Shown here: positions 58,148 through 64,000 of the stretch, piece by piece
Layout: each line of letters starts with the position of its first letter
Position numbering within the stretch: the first letter of the stretch is position 1
Virus record (IMG/VR): IMGVR_UViG_3300031456_000002
Location: 14,381-78,380 of that record
Strand: one strand, 5' to 3'
Source of the DNA: a virus
Length of the DNA stretch: 64,000 nt
Made by a program: the position numbers and the translations under genes
The notes under the pieces: generated by a model
Told to the model about the DNA's origin: nothing
Database searches by the model: none
What the model saw: the letters and a program-made list of their open reading frames with translations, nothing else

Positions 58148-58366
58148 TTAATGAAGAGTAATGAAGCGATCAAACAAGCTTTTCCCATTTGCATTGTCAT
58201 AAAAAAACTCATTAACGGCAACTTCAAAATTATGTAATATCCATAAGGCATTAAGGCCATCAAAATATTTATGATCATTTTGGGACAAAAAATGGGGCCG
58301 TGTTTCTTTATGCTTTAGCCATCCCTTAAAGGCTATACGCTGTATTATATTTAACTTCCTATACAT
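58148..58366 (-). CDS. hypothetical protein
   Basis: Operon packing. Confidence 0.6.
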   Translation of the reverse strand: MYRKLNIIQRIAFKGWLKHKETRPHFLSQNDHKYFDGLNALWILHNFEVAVNEFFYDNANGKSLFDRFITLH

Positions 58367-58390
58367 ATTTCATTTTTAATGAAGATGGAA

Positions 58391-58603
58391 TTATACTATA
58401 GCATCACAGGTCTTTATAACCCATACGGTTATAACATTCTCGCAATTCGTAGCCGTATGTAATAGCCGTTTAGTTACCATGTAATTGCCGGGACATATAT
58501 CTAGTGAAGTATGGGCGTAAGTATCTCCAATACTTGGAAGGACATTAGTTTGGTAATCAAATAGCTTAATCGCTGATTCATCGTACACGTATACATTATA
58601 CAT
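58391..58603 (-). CDS. hypothetical protein
   Basis: Operon packing. Confidence 0.6.
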   Translation of the reverse strand: MYNVYVYDESAIKLFDYQTNVLPSIGDTYAHTSLDICPGNYMVTKRLLHTATNCENVITVWVIKTCDAIV

Positions 58604-58799
58604 ATAAATGATTTAAAGATTAATAAATTATACTTCCAATAAATTCCATGTAGGGTTATACATGTCGCCACCGAATGTGTTACCTGATTCAATTAATCTG
58701 GCAATCTCTTTAAGTAATGCGGCCATCGATGTTGCGGTATTAGTTTCCTGCGTTATCTCTATTTTATACATAAATGTTTGAAATTTAATTGATTAAAAG

Positions 58800-58830
58800 A
58801 ATAAGGGAGACTATAGCCCACTCCCTTATT
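58800..58830 (-). terminator. intergenic hairpin/terminator
   Basis: AATAAGGGAG-N11-CTCCCTTATT. Confidence 0.65.
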
Positions 58831-58855
58831 TGGGTTGCCTTCCATGAAACCGTAC

Positions 58856-59071
58856 CTATGAATTAATTGTGGATAACACCGCTTTGTTTTCTTTTAATTG
58901 CCATCTTTCAGCAGCTTTCTGTGCGGTTTCAAACTTTTTACAGGTTTGCACTACACTGCCATTTTCTTCGCCTTCAGGATACATAACTATTGCCCATCGA
59001 CCAGTAGCTAATTTTTCAGGCTGATATGTTGCAGCCCCTTTCACTGGTAGCTTACTATATTCGTTATTCAT
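58856..59071 (-). CDS. hypothetical protein
   Basis: Operon packing. Confidence 0.65.
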   Translation of the reverse strand: MNNEYSKLPVKGAATYQPEKLATGRWAIVMYPEGEENGSVVQTCKKFETAQKAAERWQLKENKAVLSTINS

Positions 59072-59172
59072 AATAAAATGATTTTAAATTAATGGCTTAC
59101 TCCCTATATGGTTGTAATCATAGGTTTCAGCCATTATTGACACAACACAAACTATTATTGTATGTTTGTTTT

Positions 59173-59373
59173 TTATTTTGGTTTATGTAGGATGCATCCG
59201 AAATTACCAGATGTTAATAATGTTACATTCATATTGCTATCGTCATCCGCAGATGCATTTATTTCAAATGTTATGTCTTTATGTGGCTTGCAGTCTGGTC
59301 TGTCACAATCTGATATATTATTTACTATTTTAAGACGCGATGACCAATAGCGACATGTGTTACATGTATTCAT
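59173..59373 (-). CDS. Cys-rich hypothetical protein
   Basis: CNTCRYW...C...FGCILH. Confidence 0.7.
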   Translation of the reverse strand: MNTCNTCRYWSSRLKIVNNISDCDRPDCKPHKDITFEINASADDDSNMNVTLLTSGNFGCILHKPK

Positions 59374-59415
59374 TATGATTTTGTTGTTTTTATATATTTA
59401 GCCTCAGTCTTGATG

Positions 59416-59751
59416 TTATTTATAACCGTGTTCTGATTTCCAGTTTTCGAAATCCGATGCGTATAAGTCACAATATTCTATCGCTTCCCGTGTTTCTAAG
59501 TGAATTAATGACGTACGAAATGTTTTGTTGTATGATTTTTTCGCCTCTGGCAATAGTTGAAGTAGCACGGCATGCGCTATTTCTAAATACAATGATTCAT
59601 CTTTAATAAATTGGCGTTTATCATTAACAAACTCTTTGTATATAAAATCTCTTAATTCCGCCAATTCGCTGGTATTGTCTGTAAATAATATAAGATCATT
59701 TACTGCGTGAGATGTTGCGCCAGTTTCATATATTACCTTGTCGGTATTCAT
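59416..59751 (-). CDS. hypothetical protein
   Basis: DLILF.DNT.EL pattern of phage early proteins. Confidence 0.7.
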   Translation of the reverse strand: MNTDKVIYETGATSHAVNDLILFTDNTSELAELRDFIYKEFVNDKRQFIKDESLYLEIAHAVLLQLLPEAKKSYNKTFRTSLIHLETREAIEYCDLYASDFENWKSEHGYK

Positions 59752-59772
59752 GATGTAGTTTTGTTTTATTGG

Positions 59773-60273
59773 TTATGAAGGCATTTGTTTCACTTCCAAT
59801 TTACCAATAGCGGTAAATTTATTATTCCAATAATGTTTTATGCGCTTGCAAAGGGCTTTGTTTATGAGGCGTTGGGCAGTTTCAAGATTACATAAAACAT
59901 TTTCCCCGTTATATGTTTCTATTTGGAAGATGCGCTCATTCGTTTTGACCATAGCGGGGATATACGTATTGTCAAGTAGTTTGTGCTCATGATGGGTAAC
60001 AACTGGTAATCCGGCTAATATGCCCTCTAGTCTTAATCTCATTTCTTTGTATGGCAACCTGTTAGATGTTTCCCCAAATCCAAAAGCCGATCGGGTGGCA
60101 CCACTATTGACCATTATTGTTACAAGTCTGAATCCGGGAGCCTGACCGCAAATTTCATCAAGGGCTAAGTATCTTTCATGGCCCCCGTCTTTGGCCTGTT
60201 CATAAGTAGTTGCGTCTCCGGTTAATTCGGCGATATTCTTTATTAATAGCTCTAAGTGTTGTTTGTTGGTCAT
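59773..60273 (-). CDS. hypothetical protein
   Basis: 166-aa ORF in operon. Confidence 0.7.
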   Translation of the reverse strand: MTNKQHLELLIKNIAELTGDATTYEQAKDGGHERYLALDEICGQAPGFRLVTIMVNSGATRSAFGFGETSNRLPYKEMRLRLEGILAGLPVVTHHEHKLLDNTYIPAMVKTNERIFQIETYNGENVLCNLETAQRLINKALCKRIKHYWNNKFTAIGKLEVKQMPS

Positions 60274-60283
60274 TGGTTAGGTG

Positions 60284-60493
60284 TTAATAGTTAGATGTAT
60301 ATTCACATTTACGGGATAATGGGCCAGGTTTATGAGTTTCATTCCATTGTTGGCAATATTGCCGAGCCTCATATTCATTTGTAAATGTATGCTGCTGTGT
60401 GCGTCTCGCGCTGGGATCAGGGATGAGTTTTTTTATTGTCCCTTTCATTTCCCAGCGATACCAATTACGAGTAAAACATGTGTAAGTTGCCAT
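60284..60493 (-). CDS. hypothetical protein
   Basis: Start reassigned to MATYTCFTRNW to avoid overlap. Confidence 0.65.
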   Translation of the reverse strand: MATYTCFTRNWYRWEMKGTIKKLIPDPSARRTQQHTFTNEYEARQYCQQWNETHKPGPLSRKCEYTSNY

Positions 60494-60506
60494 AAAATAA
60501 GATGTT

Positions 60507-60749
60507 TTATAATTTATTAATAAGTTCAAGTATTTTTTGCTCGGTTGCCTGTATATTATATGACTGGAACGCAATACCCCCGCCATATTTTTTATTGTGA
60601 TACTTTCGCCATCCAATTGTATGCGCTATTTTAAGCGCCTGTGCATATGTTGTTGTATTAAACGATAGCCAGGAACATACATAACGGGGATTCCCGTTTG
60701 TGTCGTTATCAATACGAGTCCACTGTATGGGCGATTGTGTTGTGCTCAT
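60507..60749 (-). CDS. conserved phage early protein
   Basis: TRIDND.NGNPRYV...RKYH.K.YGGGI.FQSYN. Confidence 0.75.
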   Translation of the reverse strand: MSTTQSPIQWTRIDNDTNGNPRYVCSWLSFNTTTYAQALKIAHTIGWRKYHNKKYGGGIAFQSYNIQATEQKILELINKL

Positions 60750-60781
60750 GATATATAATTTAGCAGGATAATTTTGTTTGA

Positions 60782-60801
60782 TAAAGATAATATCTTTTAT
60801 C
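60782..60801 (-). promoter_or_regulatory. operator/promoter A2 (GATAA-N6-TTATC overlapping TATCTTTA)
   Basis: 19/20 identical to 61075-61094. Confidence 0.75.
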
Positions 60802-60838
60802 ATTTAATGTAGGGTGTTTGTCTTGTTTTAACAAAATG

Positions 60839-61069
60839 TTAGTAATTGATAACATAACATGTTCCTTGAAAATCAACAATATCGTATTTGGGGTGAGGAG
60901 TATATCTCCTTTCTTTCTTGCTGTTAAGATACCCAAACATATGCCTGTCATATTTCACATGCACGTAGGCTGAAGAAGATATGCCAAACTCTTTCGCATA
61001 TTTGCTTATGGCCAATGCTTTTTTAGGCAATCTGTCTATTCCTGGGTATTTTGTTCCTTGTGTTCGCAT
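60839..61069 (-). CDS. putative DNA-binding regulator, paralogue A
   Basis: Flanked by two operator copies; aligns with 63669-63887. Confidence 0.7.
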   Translation of the reverse strand: MRTQGTKYPGIDRLPKKALAISKYAKEFGISSSAYVHVKYDRHMFGYLNSKKERRYTPHPKYDIVDFQGTCYVINY

Positions 61070-61074
61070 AATCG

Positions 61075-61094
61075 TAAAGATAATATCATTTATC
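61075..61094 (-). promoter_or_regulatory. operator/promoter A1
   Basis: GATAAATGATATTATCTTTA, 5 nt upstream of ATG 61069. Confidence 0.75.
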
Positions 61095-61192
61095 TAATGT
61101 TGGGATTATTTTGCCGATTTATCTTTATTACTCACCGTCTTTGCCTGGTTCATCAATTATATCTTATGCACCTTGTTATATTAGAATCTGCT

Positions 61193-61417
61193 TTACTTCA
61201 AAATGTTGTCAAATAATTGAAGCAATTTGTGATTCCCTAATCCGCTATCCCAGCCGCCAACGGTTGCGGATTTTAAAAAATCAACTCTATTCGATTTGGG
61301 CATTGCTCTAAATTGGTCATATGCTTGACTGAATTGTCCATTTAAAAATGAATTTACAATCAATTCATAGTATCCCATATCGGAGATAAGGCCATATGCT
61401 TTAAGTAACTTTTTCAT
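61193..61417 (-). CDS. hypothetical protein
   Basis: YYELIV.S.LNGQ..QA...F pattern. Confidence 0.7.
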   Translation of the reverse strand: MKKLLKAYGLISDMGYYELIVNSFLNGQFSQAYDQFRAMPKSNRVDFLKSATVGGWDSGLGNHKLLQLFDNILK

Positions 61418-61448
61418 GATAGATGTATTAATGTGTTTAAATTAAAGA

Positions 61449-61658
61449 TTATTGACTTACTATATATTCCAACTGTCCTACAGCATCTTTATCTGCGCCC
61501 GTTACTGTATACCTTCCGTTATTGTAATTAATGCGTGCGACCTCTTCAGATTTAAAAGTTACAATAAGGCTATTCCCGTTATTATCTGCTTTATAGCCCA
61601 GTGTCCAGTCTTTGTTTATTTCAATAGCCCATAATTTTAATTCGTCTTGGGGTGTCAT
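61449..61658 (-). CDS. hypothetical protein
   Basis: Operon packing. Confidence 0.65.
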   Translation of the reverse strand: MTPQDELKLWAIEINKDWTLGYKADNNGNSLIVTFKSEEVARINYNNGRYTVTGADKDAVGQLEYIVSQ

Positions 61659-61668
61659 TTGTAAATAT

Positions 61669-61968
61669 TTAATGCGTTAGTAATGAGTCTAATTGATCAG
61701 CATCAAGGGTAGGATATTTAATATGTAGCATATCTATGTAGTATGCATCTATACCAGCCTTACCGACATAATTTGCAACTACTTTCGATGCTTTGGCTGT
61801 ATCAATTCCACGGTAGGGGCAAAGGGGCCAGCGGCATTGATGGGGATATACTTTTCCTGCGTGCCCTAATGATTCAATAGCTTGTATTCTGTCCCTACTG
61901 CTAGTTATATAAGCAATCCCGGTACAAACACATAATAGACAAGCGATTATAAACGAATAGCGTAACAT
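61669..61968 (-). CDS. membrane-anchored/exported hypothetical protein
   Basis: N-terminal hydrophobic segment; CRWPLC. Confidence 0.65.
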   Translation of the reverse strand: MLRYSFIIACLLCVCTGIAYITSSRDRIQAIESLGHAGKVYPHQCRWPLCPYRGIDTAKASKVVANYVGKAGIDAYYIDMLHIKYPTLDADQLDSLLTH

Positions 61969-62197
61969 GGTTGAATAGTGTTTGATTTAATCAATTAATA
62001 AAGGTCCGTACGGCTATATTCGTAAATTTCAAGATAAGCTGCACGCATTTTAGCGCTAAGGGTATCATCCTCATAGCAGGTATACGACATTGATTCAATG
62101 CTAGACAGGTGACTGAGCTCATTTAATTGTTTAAATAATCTTTCAGCCAGGGGAGATAATTTAGTTTGTGTCAAAATACAATAGTTTGATTAGTTAT

Positions 62198-62425
62198 TTA
62201 AATCCATTCCCTATATCCAACATTGAAGGCAATAGGATCGAATTTGCGTAATAAAGAACCAAGGGTATGACTTGTACACGCCTCACAGATTGCCTTTAAA
62301 TTCGTAGCCTTTCCCCGGCTTTTATTAGCCAGATAAGCAAAATTGTCTTCTGCTTGAGATTCTGAATACATGTCCGCATATAGGGTATTCAGATAAGTTT
62401 CATAATCTTTTTTAGTGCGCTTCAT
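62198..62425 (-). CDS. hypothetical protein
   Basis: LRKFDPIAFNVGY.EW pattern common in phage early proteins. Confidence 0.7.
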   Translation of the reverse strand: MKRTKKDYETYLNTLYADMYSESQAEDNFAYLANKSRGKATNLKAICEACTSHTLGSLLRKFDPIAFNVGYREWI

Positions 62426-62456
62426 AATATATACAGTTTAATAGTTTGATTATTTG

Positions 62457-62651
62457 TTATCCCTTATAATCCTTATCCAGTATGTATGGGGATATAATTC
62501 TGTGAGCGTAATTGCGTAAAAATTCCAATTCATGTTTATTGTAGCCGGTTGTCATGATTTCATTAATTCGCTTATGTGTCTTAAGATATTCTGCTCTATC
62601 AACTGAGTGCATATTTGGAGGCAGATTAGCTATGATATCTTCAATTGACAT
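62457..62651 (-). CDS. hypothetical protein
   Basis: Operon packing. Confidence 0.6.
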   Translation of the reverse strand: MSIEDIIANLPPNMHSVDRAEYLKTHKRINEIMTTGYNKHELEFLRNYAHRIISPYILDKDYKG

Positions 62652-62656
62652 GCTGC

Positions 62657-62854
62657 TTAATTAAATAAATTAGGAACATTTTTTAGATCACAGACATAAG
62701 CCGAACTAGCGTATCCGGCTAATGGTGGATTGTAATTAGGGTATTCATTTTCAGGAATAACATTGTAAAGAATTTTGCCTTTTATCATGCCTTTGTAGTA
62801 GTGGTATCCAAATTTATCGGCTATTAATTCCATTGGTTTATCGGTAGCTAACAT
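62657..62854 (-). CDS. hypothetical protein
   Basis: Operon packing. Confidence 0.6.
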   Translation of the reverse strand: MLATDKPMELIADKFGYHYYKGMIKGKILYNVIPENEYPNYNPPLAGYASSAYVCDLKNVPNLFN

Positions 62855-62866
62855 AACACATACAGT

Positions 62867-63112
62867 TTATTGGTTAACATGATTGTGACATTTAGTACCT
62901 GCAACCTTTACAATAGCCTTGCATGGCTGACCCGCTTTTGTTGAAGCACCACATCTAGGGGTAGCGGGATCGTGTTGCTTACAATACGTTGTAGCTGTCT
63001 TATGCATGCATTGTGCACCCACTTTAGTCTTTCCTGCGCACTGATGTTTATCCTGAGACATAACCAATAATGTAGAAAGAGTAAGCAATAAGAGAATGGT
63101 GAGCTTTTTCAT
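62867..63112 (-). CDS. exported protein with two CCCH repeats
   Basis: MKKLTILLLLTLSTLLVMS-Q; C...TK.G..C...C..H twice. Confidence 0.75.
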   Translation of the reverse strand: MKKLTILLLLTLSTLLVMSQDKHQCAGKTKVGAQCMHKTATTYCKQHDPATPRCGASTKAGQPCKAIVKVAGTKCHNHVNQ

Positions 63113-63145
63113 AATCGTAAATGATTAATAGTGAGTGAATAGGGA

Positions 63146-63331
63146 TTATAATTTAATAAGGTTATCGCATGGCACCCAAGATACAATGCTTGTGTATTCT
63201 CCATTGCCATCTTTTAACCACTCAACTTGTGTCATATTCCCATCTACATCATTAATGCGCCCTATCCAATTGTTTGTAATATGCTTAACACGTACTCTTT
63301 CAACGTTTTGGGTGTTTTTAGTCTGCGTCAT
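63146..63331 (-). CDS. hypothetical SH3-like small protein
   Basis: RVKH...IGRI...VEW...WV...L. Confidence 0.6.
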   Translation of the reverse strand: MTQTKNTQNVERVRVKHITNNWIGRINDVDGNMTQVEWLKDGNGEYTSIVSWVPCDNLIKL

Positions 63332-63361
63332 ATATGTATCAGTTTAAAGGTGAAGAGTGCA

Positions 63362-63583
63362 TTAGACTACCTTATAAGTAGGTTGCTGTTCTTTGAACTG
63401 GGCGTATTGCTGGTATTGTCCCTCTTCCCATATATCTAAGCACTCCCCATTGTGTGGGCTATTAGTGACCGTATTGGTTAGGATTGTGCATTCGCAACCA
63501 TCGGCCGTATGTGTTAGGTATATCTCGAATCCAGCCTTAAGAGCGGCGTTAATCCGGGTATTGTATACGTGTGTTTGTGTCAT
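63362..63583 (-). CDS. hypothetical protein
   Basis: Start reassigned to MTQTH downstream of promoter B2. Confidence 0.65.
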   Translation of the reverse strand: MTQTHVYNTRINAALKAGFEIYLTHTADGCECTILTNTVTNSPHNGECLDIWEEGQYQQYAQFKEQQPTYKVV

Positions 63584-63602
63584 GTTATTCTGATTTGATA
63601 AG

Positions 63603-63634
63603 TCAAAGATAGTATCTTCTATCATTCCGTCCAA
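63603..63634 (-). promoter_or_regulatory. promoter/operator B2
   Basis: TTG-N20-TATCTTTG containing GATAG-N6-CTATC; 22/23 identical to B1. Confidence 0.8.
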
Positions 63635-63668
63635 GTATTATTATGTTAAAATAATCATAATGCACAAA

Positions 63669-63887
63669 TTAATTAGGGATTACTACATTAGTTCCATTCC
63701 AGCTACGTATTGTATATCCGGGATTAGAGCCTTTGCCGGCTAAGTAACGATCATACATTATATATACATAGTTCATGTTCTTAATGTCGTTCTGATCTGC
63801 ATATACACCTACCTGCACAGGTTCTTGGGTTAGCTGCTTTAATTCATCAATACCAATGGTGTCGTATTTAGTGCCTTTACGTCTCAT
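63669..63887 (-). CDS. putative DNA-binding regulator, paralogue B
   Basis: MRRKGTKY...YVYIMYDR...PGYTI....GTNVVI aligns with 60839-61069. Confidence 0.7.
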   Translation of the reverse strand: MRRKGTKYDTIGIDELKQLTQEPVQVGVYADQNDIKNMNYVYIMYDRYLAGKGSNPGYTIRSWNGTNVVIPN

Positions 63888-63891
63888 GTGC

Positions 63892-63924
63892 TCAAAGGTA
63901 GTATCTTCTATCATAGTAACCAAA
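63892..63924 (-). promoter_or_regulatory. promoter/operator B1
   Basis: TTTG-N20-TACCTTTG containing GATAG-N6-CTACC; ATG 4 nt downstream. Confidence 0.8.
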
Positions 63925-64000
63925 TAAATAATAACGTTACCATTCATACAATCCCCCCCTCAATCAAACCAATAGCCACACCAACACAGCTAATCACAAC

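Larger units (their letters stand above)
56397..59411 (-). repeat. three dispersed copies of AAGACTGAGGC (56397-56407, 57864-57874, 59401-59411)
   Basis: Exact 11-mers, each at a gene junction. Confidence 0.85.

Noticed and set aside
60782-61094. Fur boxes
   Set aside because: GATAA-N6-TTATC is shorter than the 19-bp Fur consensus, and the paralogous sites have GATAG/CTATC, which favours a phage-encoded regulator
56397-63914. CRISPR or mini-array
   Set aside because: The repeats are 11-23 bp separated by whole genes, not by 30-40-bp spacers; no cas genes
63583-63947. Shared MIEDT(I/T)F peptide in two ORF-track proteins
   Set aside because: It is the translation of the duplicated promoter/operator; the true starts are more likely 63887 and 63583
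1-64000. Genome-wide stop-codon reassignment (TAG to Gln, as in some crAss-like phages)
   Set aside because: Long genes are intact in the standard code; portal, terminase and the GT9-like gene end at TAG; the two interrupted genes use different stops (TAA and TAG); no suppressor tRNA seen

Overview
The window is a large part of a Bacteroidota-infecting tailed phage genome, probably podovirus-like with a crAss-like-style structural block. Host assignment rests on canonical TTTG-N19/20-TAnnTTTG promoters and Gln-after-signal-peptide proteins. Layout: small accessory genes (1-6.1 kb); replication module with initiator, possible loader, primase-helicase and SSB-like protein (6.2-11.6 kb); methyltransferase plus three glycosyltransferases (13-17.4 kb); GroEL/GroES/tandem GroES-like chaperonin operon (17.8-20.4 kb); portal, terminase, scaffold, major capsid, ring/muzzle and ejection proteins (20.4-46.4 kb); fibre genes (46.5-52.2 kb); membrane/lysis cluster with a GH19 endolysin (52.2-55.9 kb); and a convergent minus-strand block of small early-type genes (56-64 kb). 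Six free-standing HNH/GIY-YIG endonuclease genes are interspersed. I recognised no DNA polymerase, RNA polymerase, integrase, tRNA or CRISPR array. The most striking observation is the 1170-aa tail-fibre/spike protein. It begins with an apparent Sec signal peptide followed by Gln, and its N-terminal half carries 13 Bacteroidota O-glycosylation sequons D-(S/T)-(A/I/L/M/T/V). This suggests a virion fibre that is exported to the periplasm and glycosylated by the host. Other highlights: two paralogous early regulators, each flanked by promoter/operator pairs whose palindromes have co-varied; kissing-loop leaders ahead of two homing endonucleases; and an 11-bp motif repeated at early-gene junctions. 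All functional calls come from motif recognition by eye, not from database searches.
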